DNA of 64,000 bases from Leptolyngbyaceae cyanobacterium (GTDB lineage: Bacteria; Cyanobacteriota; Cyanobacteriia; Phormidesmidales; Phormidesmidaceae), in assembly GCA_965263355.1 (NCBI GenBank), contig CBDHHL010000032.1, forward strand, positions 736,001 through 800,000. Reading direction: 5' to 3'. Made by a program: the position numbers and the translations under genes. Shown piece by piece: positions 53,985 through 63,654 of the stretch. Each line of letters opens with the position of its first letter. Positions within the stretch are counted from its first letter, which is position 1. The notes beneath the pieces are model-generated. The model did no database searches, had not been told where the DNA came from, and saw only the letters and a list, made by a program, of their open reading frames with translations.

Positions 53985-54260
53985 ATGAATTCACCCTATG
54001 TAACTATTCGTATCCCTAGTCGTTTAGATATGGCAATTTCACCCTTTTTTCAAAGGGATTTGAAACAAAAGATTCGTCCAGGTATTACTATTATCATAGA
54101 TATGGATAAAACCAAGTTTATTGATCCTGCTACTACATCTATTTTTTGGGACGGCATTATTGAATCTCATAAACAAGGTGCAAAGATTATTGCCAGAGGA
54201 ATGAGTGAGCAAGTAAAATTAGTTTTGGGAAGATCTGGCTTACTTTCACATTTGCAGTAG
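53985..54260 (+). CDS. STAS domain protein (anti-sigma factor antagonist-like)
   Basis: RLDMAISP.F, IIIDMDKTKFID, EQVKLVL..SGL. Confidence 0.8.
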   Translation: MNSPYVTIRIPSRLDMAISPFFQRDLKQKIRPGITIIIDMDKTKFIDPATTSIFWDGIIESHKQGAKIIARGMSEQVKLVLGRSGLLSHLQ

Positions 54261-54410
54261 ACTTGTCTTTCTGAATGATTAAATTGCCAGGAAATGTTAG
54301 GTATAAGATCTTAGTTACCCTAACCTTATTATCAGCATTAGAAGATCCTGGTTTTAGATTATGGTTTGCTACTATAGGCTGATGTTAACTAAGTGATACC
54401 TGTTGGCATC

Positions 54411-55826
54411 ATGGCTGTGTCTTCTAGAATTTGGCGACAAGGGGTTGTAGCTCTTTTTATTTGCTGTGGTAGTTGGTTGGCTATAACTTCTGCAAAGGCA
54501 GACACAGCAGGTGTTGTGGACCTCACACGAAATGGTACTCAGCCTATTCTGCAATTGCCTGAAGCAACGGCGACCGCCCGAGAAACCTATATTCAAGCAC
54601 AGCGATCGCAAGTCCAGCCCCAACACTACAACCTGAGTCGCTATCCCTTTACCCAAGACAACCAGATCCACTGGCAAAATCTACTCTGGTCCACCGGTCT
54701 CCTGGAACCTCGGGCAGCCTATGTCGATGAGGCTATTGCCTATCTAATTAGCCAGGCTAATCGACCGCAGCTTTCCCCCGACCAGCGCCACACGGTGGAA
54801 ATGGCGCTACAAGTGGGCACCCAACTTTACTCTAGTGAACCCGCTCTCCAGCCAGAAATTAAACGTGCCTTTTTAACAACTTTGGACCAGGGGCAATATA
54901 CCAAATGGGTGGCCATGGCACTGTCCGCCCTGGCCCAGGCTGAACCGTCCCCTTTGTCTAGACAGACGCTCAGCGATCGCATTCGCCAGCGCTTTCCCAA
55001 ATGGCATCAGGACCTGTATCTAAAAACAACGCTTCACGATATTGCCGCGTTGGATCGCCCGACCACAATGCCGCCTCTGGATGAGCTGCTAGATTGGTCC
55101 ATTGCCCCTGATCAGTTACACCTTTATGTCCTTTGCTCGACCGACCGGGGTGAGCTTTGCCAGACTGTGTTAAGAGACCGCCAGGGTAACTTTGTGCGCG
55201 AGGACGATGGGCAACTGTGGTCAGTGCCGTTGGGGTTGAGATCGCTCCACACCGGTCTATCCTGGAGCTTTACCCGAGGCGAAACGCCCCAGGGTATTTA
55301 CCGCATTGAAGGCACCATTCCCCAACCGGATACCGATTACTTTCGTCCCTATGGTCAATTTGCCCTGGTTCAGTTATTTGTTCCCTACGAGCCAGGGGTA
55401 AAGACTTTCTTGCCGGGGCGAACTCAGGCCAAAACAGCTCAAACACCGTGGACTGGTGGTCTGGCTGCTTATCAATCTTTGCTGCCACCTACCTGGCGTA
55501 ATTATTTGCCTATGCAGCAAACCTATTGGGCTGGTAAAGCAGGCCGTAATTATTTTCGCATCCACGGTACAGGGGAAGCCCCAGAGTTTTTTGCCAATAG
55601 TCATCGTTACCCCGCTAGCGCAGGCTGGAACCCCACCATTGGCTGTCTCTCTGCCATCGAAATTTACGATCACCAGGGTCGACTCCAACGGGCCGATATG
55701 CCCAAAATTTTGTCGGCGCTCACTGCCATTGGTGGAGAAGATTTTTCTGGCTATCTGGTTGTTGTCGAAGTTCCAGAGGCTGACCTACTAAATGTGGAAG
55801 AATATCTTCTTACTCATCAGGACTAA
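54411..55826 (+). CDS. secreted protein with possible L,D-transpeptidase (YkuD)-like C-terminal domain
   Basis: Signal peptide ending AKA. GETPQGIYRI and RIHGTG...PTIGCL motifs. Confidence 0.55.
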   Translation: MAVSSRIWRQGVVALFICCGSWLAITSAKADTAGVVDLTRNGTQPILQLPEATATARETYIQAQRSQVQPQHYNLSRYPFTQDNQIHWQNLLWSTGLLEPRAAYVDEAIAYLISQANRPQLSPDQRHTVEMALQVGTQLYSSEPALQPEIKRAFLTTLDQGQYTKWVAMALSALAQAEPSPLSRQTLSDRIRQRFPKWHQDLYLKTTLHDIAALDRPTTMPPLDELLDWSIAPDQLHLYVLCSTDRGELCQTVLRDRQGNFVREDDGQLWSVPLGLRSLHTGLSWSFTRGETPQGIYRIEGTIPQPDTDYFRPYGQFALVQLFVPYEPGVKTFLPGRTQAKTAQTPWTGGLAAYQSLLPPTWRNYLPMQQTYWAGKAGRNYFRIHGTGEAPEFFANSHRYPASAGWNPTIGCLSAIEIYDHQGRLQRADMPKILSALTAIGGEDFSGYLVVVEVPEADLLNVEEYLLTHQD

Positions 55827-55948
55827 ATTTGGGCAAAGGTTTCCATTCCCTATCCACTGCTCTATAAATTGAGTTTTGAGATTTCTTGAAAAGAAAACCC
55901 TCCAATGCGGGAAGCCTCTAGACTCTAGATTCCAGCTCAATACACATC

Positions 55949-58372
55949 ATGTTTCGACACTTGCTATCGCTTGTCGTTATTCCTTTAATTGCTATGCCCG
56001 TCTCTGCCCAGACTACTCAGTCCACATCCACATGGCAAAATCCACCAGAACCGATCGCGTCAATGTTAGATGTAGACCCGCTACCGGCGGTGTCGATTTC
56101 CCCTGATAATCAATGGTTAGTAGAGTTAGAACGGCGGGCGCTATTGCCCATTGCAGAACTGTCAGAACCTTGGGTTGCGATCGCAGGTATCAAACTTAAC
56201 CCCAATACCTGGGGACCGGCCCAGGAAGGCTCCTACAAAGGACTAATGCTTCGTTCTTTAGGCACTTTAGACAGTACCCCCGTCCATCTGCCACCAGATG
56301 CGCGAGTCCGCAACCTGAGTTGGTCCTACGACAGTCGCTATTTGGCATTTACCCTAACCCAGGCGGATGGGATTGAACTATGGGTGTTAGATGTGGCCAA
56401 GGCCAAGGCCAGACCGATTAGTGGTCCAATTCTTAATGGCGTGTATAGTAGCCCCTGCCGTTGGTTACCGGGGGATGAAGGTCTAATTTGTAAAGTACGC
56501 CCCCAGGGCATGGGAGCACCACCGGCTAAGCCCACGGTACCTGCTGGACCCGTGATTGAAAGTAGCCAGGGACGGGTGGCTGCGACCCGCACCTACACCA
56601 ACTTACTACAAACCCCCCATGACGAAGACCTGCTCGACTATTATTTCTCAGCCCAGGTGGCCCACATTAACTTAGAGGGCGAGATTACTCTGCTGGATCA
56701 GCCGGGGCTGATTCGCAATGTAAGCGTTTCTCCTGACGGTCAGTGGTTATTGCGGTCTACAGTCCATCGCCCTTTTTCCTATCAAGTGCCCCTATCCCGC
56801 TTCCCCATCCGCTACGAAGTGCTTAATCGCCAGGGTGAGGTGGTGCATGAATTGGTGGATTTACCCCTAGCTGACGATATTCCCATCGCCTTTGATTCAG
56901 TGCGTCAGGGTAAGCGCGGTATTGGCTGGCGTGCGGATCATCCTGCCACCCTTTATTGGGTGGAAGCCCTAGACGGTGGAGATGCCAGTGCCCCAGCCGA
57001 CTATCGTGATGCTCTTTATATGTTGTCAGCTCCCTTTGATGGTGCACCGACAGAGCTATGGCGGTCTACACTGCGCTATCGCAATGTTACCTGGAGCAAC
57101 GACAGTTTTGCTATTGTCACAGAAGCCTGGTATGACAATCGTCAGTTAAAAGCTTGGAAAATTAACCCTACCGATCCTACTGCTAAGCAGACGTTGCTCG
57201 ATGAAAGAGACTTTCAAGATGCCTATGCCAATCCAGGTAGTCCAGTAACAATGCCTGGTCCCTACGGTCGTTCAGTCCTGATGCTAAGTGAAGACGGTAA
57301 GAGTATCTATCTTAATGGGGGAGGTGCTTCACCGGCAGGCGTTTTTCCCTTTTTAGATCGTTTGGACTTGGCCAGCCTAGAAACCGAACGCTTGTGGCAA
57401 GCAGATGGAGAAATCTTTAGTCGAGCCACCCGGCTACTCGATAACAATGCTCAAACTATTATCGTTCGAAGAGAATCCCAGACGAGCCCTGGTAACTATT
57501 ATCAGCTTAATTTGTCTAATGGAAAAGAGAACCCATTAACAGAATTTTCGGATCCCTTGGCTTGGTATGCCGATGTGCAAAAGGAAATTGTGCGTTATCC
57601 CCGTGCTGATGGGGTGACACTGACGGCTACCCTGTACCTGCCACCGGGATATGATGCTACCACTGATGGTCCCTTACCTACGGTTTTTTGGGTTTATCCA
57701 CGAGAGTTTAAAGATCGCAAAGTCGCCAGTCAAAATACCCGCTCAGAATATACGTTTACTCGACCTGGACGAGGATCAGTTTTATTTTTGTTGACCCAGG
57801 GCTATGCGGTACTCAATGGTCCCACCATGCCAATTGTAGGCGAAGGTGAGGCAGAACCTAACGATACCTATATTGAACAACTGGTTTCTAGTGCTGAGGC
57901 GGCAGTAAATTTTCTCGTAGAACGGGGTGTGAGCGACGGTAAACGTCTTGCCATTGGTGGCCATTCCTACGGTGCATTTACTGCGGCTAATTTGTTAGCC
58001 CATAGTAATCTGTTTCAGGCAGGTATTGCCCGCAGTGGAGCCTATAATCGAACCCTGACCCCCTTTGGTTTTCAAGGAGAACAGCGCAATTTTTGGGAGA
58101 CACCGGAGACCTATTTAACCATGTCTCCCTTTGTCTCTGCTGAGAACATTGACGAGCCACTACTGTTAATTCATGGTGCCGAGGATAATAATTCTGGCAC
58201 CTATCCGATTCAATCAGAGCGACTATACGAAGCAATGAAAGGGTTGGGGGGCACCGTACGCTATGTATCGCTACCAGCGGAAGGTCATGTTTATCGTTCG
58301 CGAGAGGCTGTTGGCCATGTGCTGTGGGAAATGGTGGCCTGGTTAGATGAACATGTCAAAGGCGGGCAATAG
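55949..58372 (+). CDS. S9 family peptidase (glutamyl endopeptidase-like)
   Basis: Signal peptide, propeller (SPD.W repeats), GGHSYGAF nucleophile, ARSGAYNRTLTPFGFQ.E, HG..DNN.GT, E.H.Y. Confidence 0.92.
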   Translation: MFRHLLSLVVIPLIAMPVSAQTTQSTSTWQNPPEPIASMLDVDPLPAVSISPDNQWLVELERRALLPIAELSEPWVAIAGIKLNPNTWGPAQEGSYKGLMLRSLGTLDSTPVHLPPDARVRNLSWSYDSRYLAFTLTQADGIELWVLDVAKAKARPISGPILNGVYSSPCRWLPGDEGLICKVRPQGMGAPPAKPTVPAGPVIESSQGRVAATRTYTNLLQTPHDEDLLDYYFSAQVAHINLEGEITLLDQPGLIRNVSVSPDGQWLLRSTVHRPFSYQVPLSRFPIRYEVLNRQGEVVHELVDLPLADDIPIAFDSVRQGKRGIGWRADHPATLYWVEALDGGDASAPADYRDALYMLSAPFDGAPTELWRSTLRYRNVTWSNDSFAIVTEAWYDNRQLKAWKINPTDPTAKQTLLDERDFQDAYANPGSPVTMPGPYGRSVLMLSEDGKSIYLNGGGASPAGVFPFLDRLDLASLETERLWQADGEIFSRATRLLDNNAQTIIVRRESQTSPGNYYQLNLSNGKENPLTEFSDPLAWYADVQKEIVRYPRADGVTLTATLYLPPGYDATTDGPLPTVFWVYPREFKDRKVASQNTRSEYTFTRPGRGSVLFLLTQGYAVLNGPTMPIVGEGEAEPNDTYIEQLVSSAEAAVNFLVERGVSDGKRLAIGGHSYGAFTAANLLAHSNLFQAGIARSGAYNRTLTPFGFQGEQRNFWETPETYLTMSPFVSAENIDEPLLLIHGAEDNNSGTYPIQSERLYEAMKGLGGTVRYVSLPAEGHVYRSREAVGHVLWEMVAWLDEHVKGGQ

Positions 58373-58408
58373 CAATTATGTGACGTTGTAAAGCTTATGA
58401 GTCTTGCT

Positions 58409-58481
58409 TAAACCACGGCCAAGTGAAAACCTATAAGTGCTTCTATGGAAAAACTACAGTTCTGGACGTGGGCAAGGTTTA
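58409..58481. repeat. 73-bp MITE-like dispersed repeat, copy B
   Basis: Ungapped 59/73 identity with 30538..30610. Confidence 0.7.
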
Positions 58482-58513
58482 AACAGCGACTCGTAGTGGG
58501 CCTAGGTAAGCGT

Positions 58514-59236
58514 CTACTTATCGTAAGTTTTTAGTTCTGTGAGGGTAACGATTGTATACCCCCTTTGCTGGATTTTGGGTAAAAGTCGATCTAGCAGCTG
58601 AACTGTTCTTTCGCCTCTATTTTTTGGGCCATCGTGAAGCACTAATATGTCACCTGGATCAAGATTATTAAGCACAAACCACTCGGCAAATTGTACTGAC
58701 GGTACATGAGTGTCATAGGGGAAAAGAGAACCTAAAACTAACTGATAGTTATGACTTTCAATAAAATTGAGCATACGATGGTTATACCAGCCCATGCCAG
58801 GACGAAACCAAGTAACATGGCCGTAGGTGGTTAGCGCCTGGTCAGCCTGCAGAAATTTTGACTGGAAGTCCTGAGGCGAGAGTCGAATACTAGACTCATC
58901 GATAGTCATATGATTTCCTAGTTCATGACCATTGGCAATCAGGCGTTTTAGCGTTGCTTCATTGCCTGGAAGCTGATCACGCAACATAAAAAATGTTGCG
59001 TTTACTCCATGATGTTCTAATACCTGCAAGATGGCATCGGTAGTCTCAGCTTGGGGGCCATCATCAATGGTCAGGGCAATTACAGGTTCCTCAGTATCAA
59101 CCCTAAATAATGCCCCTGGCCTCAGTTGAGACACCAAACGGAAAAACCACTGGGGCTGCCTCAATACAAAATAAACAAGAAGCAGGAGTCCTATACTGCT
59201 AAGACCCAAGATCATCTTTTTCCAATGTCTCACCAT
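58514..59236 (-). CDS. polysaccharide/chitin deacetylase (CE4)
   Basis: ALTIDDGP, ATFF, GHELGNH, WFRPG, GDILVLHDG. N-terminal TM. Confidence 0.9.
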   Translation of the reverse strand: MVRHWKKMILGLSSIGLLLLVYFVLRQPQWFFRLVSQLRPGALFRVDTEEPVIALTIDDGPQAETTDAILQVLEHHGVNATFFMLRDQLPGNEATLKRLIANGHELGNHMTIDESSIRLSPQDFQSKFLQADQALTTYGHVTWFRPGMGWYNHRMLNFIESHNYQLVLGSLFPYDTHVPSVQFAEWFVLNNLDPGDILVLHDGPKNRGERTVQLLDRLLPKIQQRGYTIVTLTELKTYDK

Positions 59237-59247
59237 AGAGCTGCCAT

Positions 59248-59297
59248 AAAAAAAGGTGCTGCGATTGTTCTGTCATCGACAACCTGTAGCAGCACCT
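59248..59297 (-). terminator. possible terminator after thrC-moaD
   Basis: IR AGGTGCTGC/GCAGCACCT with a long loop, followed by a T tract on the minus strand. Confidence 0.4.
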
Positions 59298-59383
59298 AGT
59301 ATAAATCTCCAAACGCTCGGTATGCTCGCTTCTTGAGTAGCAGCATTACCAATGTTGTCTTTAAACCCTATTTAAGGGCTATT

Positions 59384-59659
59384 TTAGCCTCCTGCAACAG
59401 CAGGTACAATGCTCACTTCATCACCATCTTTAAGGGCTGTTTCTTTGCCATCCAAGAAACGAATATCTTCACTATTGACATAGAAATTGACAAATCGACG
59501 TAGTTCGCCGTTATCGTCACATAGACGACTTTTAATACCAGGAAACTTACCGTCTAAAGCATCTAATAAGCCAACAATGTTGTCACCACCAATTTCAATT
59601 GTGGCTTCGTTGTTGGTAAACTTTTGCAATGGAGTGGGAATGAGAACTTTAACAGCCAT
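59384..59659 (-). CDS. MoaD/ThiS (CysO-like) ubiquitin-like sulfur carrier
   Basis: [27 protein letters not shown]-terminal IVPAVAGG. Confidence 0.92.
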   Translation of the reverse strand: MAVKVLIPTPLQKFTNNEATIEIGGDNIVGLLDALDGKFPGIKSRLCDDNGELRRFVNFYVNSEDIRFLDGKETALKDGDEVSIVPAVAGG

Positions 59660-59725
59660 GAAAACAACTACTCAAAAAGTAAAACAGAAATCAGTCTAGC
59701 AGAGGAGCATAATGGTTCGGATCAA

Positions 59726-59760
59726 AATCGTAGGGGTTGACATGCAACGACCCTACGATT
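59726..59760. repeat. GTAG-type REP-like imperfect palindrome
   Basis: AATCGTAGGG-GTTGACATGCAACGA-CCCTACGATT between thrC and moaD. Confidence 0.7.
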
Positions 59761-59776
59761 ACCGCAATAATAATCT

Positions 59777-61087
59777 CTAAACTTGAGTTTGCTGCCAATC
59801 CAAACGATTTAAGGTATTTGCCCGCTCCCAGGCACGCTCAAAGCTATCTAGCTTCGGATCGATTAACAGGGGCTCACCGACAGAGCCGCTAACAGCTTCC
59901 TGGGTTTTGAGACCATTACCTGTGATGTAAGCAACAGTGCTCTCATCGGGGTTGATTTTACCTGCTTCGGCCAGCTTTTTGAGAACGGCAATGGTCGTAC
60001 CACCAGCGGTCTCTGTAAAGATACCTTCGGTCTCAGCCAGTAGCTTCATGCCGTCGATAATTTCCTCATCGGTAACAGCTTCAATATTGCCATTAGTCTT
60101 CTTGGCAATATCGAGGGCATAGATGCCGTCGGCGGGATTACCGATGGCAATGGACTTAGCAATGGTATTGGGTTTAACCGGTTTTATAAAATCGCGTCCT
60201 TCTTGATAAGCCTGGTAAATAGGAGAACACCCTTCTGCCTGGGCACCACTAAAGCGAACTGGCTTCTCATCGACTAGGCCTACTTTGACAAACTCGTTGA
60301 AACCTTTATAAATCTTGCTGTAGAGAGAGCCAGATGCTAGTGGAGCAACAATGTGGTCTGGTAATTTCCAACCTAGTTGTTCGGCAACTTCATAGGCCAA
60401 CGTCTTAGACCCTTCGGAGTAGTAAGGACGCAGGTTGATATTCACAAAGCCCCAACCGTAGGTATTAGCGACTTCAGAGCAGAGGCGATTTACCTGGTCA
60501 TAGTTGCCATGGACAGCCATAAGGATGGGGTCATAGATTAGCGTCCCCAGTACTTTGCCAGCCTCTAGGTCGGAGGGAATAAAGACACAGCAGTCGAGAC
60601 CAGCATGGGCGGCAATGGCGGCTGTGGAGTTAGCCAGGTTACCGGTACTGGCACAGGAAACGGTGGTAAATCCAAGCTCACGGGCTCGGGTCAATGCTAC
60701 AGATACTACCCGATCCTTAAAGCTGAGGGTGGGCATGTTGACTGCATCATTCTTGATGTAAAGCTCTTTAAGACCCAGGCGACGGGCAAGGCGATTGGCC
60801 TTTAATAGAGGCGTCATCCCAGTACCGACATCGATTGGGTCGTCGGTGGCAACGGGCAAAAACGCCTTGTAGCGCCAAATAGAGTTAGGACCGGCGGCAA
60901 TGCTCTCACGACTAACCTGACGACGAATAGCATCGTAATCGTAGGCAACTTCCAGGGGACCAAAGCATTCTTCGCACACATGCTTTGCACTCAGCTCATA
61001 GGTAGTGCTGCATTCACGACACTTGAGGTTGCTAAATGTGAATGATTGATACGTGAGAGGCAGGGGACGGTCGATGGCCTGGGTCAT
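59777..61087 (-). CDS. thrC: threonine synthase (PLP fold type II)
   Basis: CREC..CEEC zinc ribbon, PTLSFKDR (PLP Lys), CASTGNLA, EGSKT, IAIGNPADG, ITGNGLK. Confidence 0.88.
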   Translation of the reverse strand: MTQAIDRPLPLTYQSFTFSNLKCRECSTTYELSAKHVCEECFGPLEVAYDYDAIRRQVSRESIAAGPNSIWRYKAFLPVATDDPIDVGTGMTPLLKANRLARRLGLKELYIKNDAVNMPTLSFKDRVVSVALTRARELGFTTVSCASTGNLANSTAAIAAHAGLDCCVFIPSDLEAGKVLGTLIYDPILMAVHGNYDQVNRLCSEVANTYGWGFVNINLRPYYSEGSKTLAYEVAEQLGWKLPDHIVAPLASGSLYSKIYKGFNEFVKVGLVDEKPVRFSGAQAEGCSPIYQAYQEGRDFIKPVKPNTIAKSIAIGNPADGIYALDIAKKTNGNIEAVTDEEIIDGMKLLAETEGIFTETAGGTTIAVLKKLAEAGKINPDESTVAYITGNGLKTQEAVSGSVGEPLLIDPKLDSFERAWERANTLNRLDWQQTQV

Positions 61088-61152
61088 GAATTTATAGGTG
61101 ATATATGACAGATTAATTTGAACCTATCACGGTGCTGAAAATAGCGTCAAAT

Positions 61153-61177
61153 ATACCCGACTAAAATAGTCGGGTAT
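61153..61177. promoter_or_regulatory. putative Rrf2-family (IscR type-1-like) operator upstream of thrC-moaD
   Basis: ATACCCGACTAAAATAGTCGGGTAT fits ATASYYGACTRwwwYAGTCRRSTAT at all 25 positions, 65 nt upstream of the thrC ATG. Confidence 0.7.
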
Positions 61178-61280
61178 GCTAATTGTGTTTGAGGTCAAGG
61201 CTTTTGGAGGAAAACTCTGATGTACCCGTAAAAAGTCTATGGGTAAAACTTTATTTTTTAATAGTTGCGATCGCCACACC

Positions 61281-62957
61281 CTAAAATCCCAAATCAGCCC
61301 TAGCCGCTTCAGCCGCCTTAAACACTTGCGCATTGGGCAGCTCATCCCAGGCGGTGGCACCAATTTCAGCATAGAAACTGGCATCGTAGGGCCTGGTCCG
61401 CACCACCACTGGCATGGGTACCGCATGGCCCAGGAGGAGGGCCTGCTGTTTAGAATCGAGCTTGGCTAAGACTGAACGCAGATTTTGACCACCAGAAACC
61501 CCAGTAAAAATGGCATCTATGTCTTTTTCATCGTTGAGCAGAGCCGTAATCCGGGTACCAATTTGCGACATAACTTCGTTATCAATACCAGACGGACGCT
61601 GATCGACCACTAATAACGTGACAAAATACTTCCGCATCTCTCGGGCAATGGTGCCAAAAATAGTTTGTTTAGCGGTGGCCGGGTCAAGAAAGCGGTGGGC
61701 TTCTTCAATGGTGATAACAAGTTGTGTAGGCCGATCACTGGGGTTTTTGGTTTGTAGAAATCGATCGGCTTTACGCACATAGCTGGCGTGAATACGACGG
61801 GCAATGACATTGGTGGCCAACATGTAAGAGAGCATATTGGACTGGGAGCCAAACTCTACAACCACATGTTTATCAGCATCCAACATATCCAAAATTTGTT
61901 TTACATAATTATGAGGACAGGTATTGCGGATATACTTCAACTCAGCCAGACGAGTGAGTTTTCGCTGTAGCGCCATGATGGATGACTTGCTGCCCATTTT
62001 AACTTCGCAAAATTCCTGAATCTCTTCGTTACTCATGGTGAGTAGACGATTGATCCAGGCTTTGCCAAATTCATTGCGCAGAATAATGGCATTTTCTAAG
62101 CTCGCTTCCGATAAATTAAGCTCACGACCAATCAGGGCTAGATCTTCTACATCAATCTGGTCAAAGCTAATGTAAAGTTCCTGGGCGTCGCGTACCCCCC
62201 GTCGTTTTGTTGCCTCTGGATCCAGGGTAAAGATTTGTACCTGACCTGGAAATAGCTGACGTAATCCCTTAACGGTACTAAAGTTTGCCCCTTCGCTAAC
62301 GGCTTCCCAGCCATATTCGGAATGCATATCAAAAATGAGATTGACGGCAGCTCGCTGTTTGATAATGCCGGAGAGCAATAAACGAGTTAGAAAAGACTTA
62401 CCGGTGCCTGATTTACCAAAAATGCCATTGCTACGTTCTACAAAGCGATTTAGATCGATACAGATAGGCACATCCATGTCGATGGGCTGACCAATGGCAA
62501 AATTACGGCGATGGGGATCGTCTTCCCAGCCAAAGACAGAGCGAAAATCTCGTTCGCTAGCGTCGTAAACCTGACTAAAGTGACCGGGAATTGTCTTCAC
62601 CGGTAATAGCTGCATTTGGGTGTCTCCCCCTCTCCCCCTTTCCCCCTCTCCCCCTGAAACATCAGGGGTAAACATCAACATTGGGGCCAAATCTATCGTT
62701 CCATAGGTACCGCCACCAGCAAGGACCTCCTGGAGAAACAGCTCGGTGGGATGGGGGGGATTGGCCAAAATGCGCTGGCTGGCGGTGCCGAGAGCGACGT
62801 CGGTAAGCATGCAAAAGAATCGCGATCGCACTCCCTGCACTATCAAAAACTTACCTACTCGCATATCTTCTACGCTAACGTCAGCATGAAGACGTACTTC
62901 TAGGCCCTGACTGAGGGAGCCTTGAATAACTGAACCCAAAGGCGTTTCGTTGTTCAT
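61281..62957 (-). CDS. HerA/FtsK-family ATPase (HAS barrel + DUF87)
   Basis: LGSVIQGSL (HAS barrel), Walker A GKSGTGKS, FDMHSEYG, IEEAHRFL, IAREMRKY, DQRPS. Alternative GTG start at 62981. Confidence 0.88.
   Translation of the reverse strand: MNNETPLGSVIQGSLSQGLEVRLHADVSVEDMRVGKFLIVQGVRSRFFCMLTDVALGTASQRILANPPHPTELFLQEVLAGGGTYGTIDLAPMLMFTPDVSGGEGERGRGGDTQMQLLPVKTIPGHFSQVYDASERDFRSVFGWEDDPHRRNFAIGQPIDMDVPICIDLNRFVERSNGIFGKSGTGKSFLTRLLLSGIIKQRAAVNLIFDMHSEYGWEAVSEGANFSTVKGLRQLFPGQVQIFTLDPEATKRRGVRDAQELYISFDQIDVEDLALIGRELNLSEASLENAIILRNEFGKAWINRLLTMSNEEIQEFCEVKMGSKSSIMALQRKLTRLAELKYIRNTCPHNYVKQILDMLDADKHVVVEFGSQSNMLSYMLATNVIARRIHASYVRKADRFLQTKNPSDRPTQLVITIEEAHRFLDPATAKQTIFGTIAREMRKYFVTLLVVDQRPSGIDNEVMSQIGTRITALLNDEKDIDAIFTGVSGGQNLRSVLAKLDSKQQALLLGHAVPMPVVVRTRPYDASFYAEIGATAWDELPNAQVFKAAEAARADLGF
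62623..62654. repeat. octamer tandem repeat (TCTCCCCC)x4 within herA
   Basis: tctccccc tctccccc tttccccc tctccccc, encoding GGEGERGRGGD. Confidence 0.8.
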
Positions 62958-63120
62958 GTCAGGATTGAAGTTGGGGACCACTGCCCATCCTAGCCCGAGA
63001 ACTGCATTTCAATACATACGTTCTACAAAAAAATCTTTAAAAAGAACGCGCAGCATCGCCTTCCTGGCTAGCTGCGCGTTATAGGGACTCCTGGCTAAGG
63101 CACTTAACAGCGTGTTTTCC

Positions 63121-63654
63121 CTAATTGCCAAAATTCCAACCAACACCTGCTTGCACTGCTGTTGCCGTGCCGCCGCCATCTTCAAAGGCATCAAAGGCAA
63201 ATATAGCGTTGCCAAAGACCACCAGGTTACTGGCAGGAATGGCAAAATCTACACCAGGTTGCAACACAAATGCTGTTTCATCACCCACAGGGGACGCATC
63301 ATCCCCTGTGGGGATAGAAACACCAGCCCCTAGATAGATATCTGTTTGCCAACTAACCGGAAAGTCATAGGAAACGGTTGGCACCAGGGCAAGATCCCCA
63401 TTTAACAAAAAGGCCTGAGCCCGCAGCGAAATGGGAACCGCTAATAATTTATAGCGACCGGAAACAACCAGACCAATGCCGTCACCGTCGCCATTGTCAT
63501 CATCGTTTAGGCCAAGGGTCCCCCCCAGGCCAACATAACTGCCATAGGCCGCTTGAGCTTGAGCTGGTTTAACATCTAACGCAGTTATCAATGCCGTTGC
63601 TGTGACAGCAGCTAGGCTCAAACGCCCTAGCGTGGTTTTAAGCAGGCTGATCAT
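63121..63654 (-). CDS. small outer-membrane beta-barrel protein
   Basis: Signal peptide ending AQA, YVGLGG, alternating beta strands, C-terminal AGVGWNF. Confidence 0.8.
   Translation of the reverse strand: MISLLKTTLGRLSLAAVTATALITALDVKPAQAQAAYGSYVGLGGTLGLNDDDNGDGDGIGLVVSGRYKLLAVPISLRAQAFLLNGDLALVPTVSYDFPVSWQTDIYLGAGVSIPTGDDASPVGDETAFVLQPGVDFAIPASNLVVFGNAIFAFDAFEDGGGTATAVQAGVGWNFGN

Noticed and set aside
61281..62957. HerA-based anti-phage system (Sir2-HerA type)
   Set aside because: No Sir2 or nuclease partner is adjacent. It lies among housekeeping genes and resembles the conserved cyanobacterial HerA.
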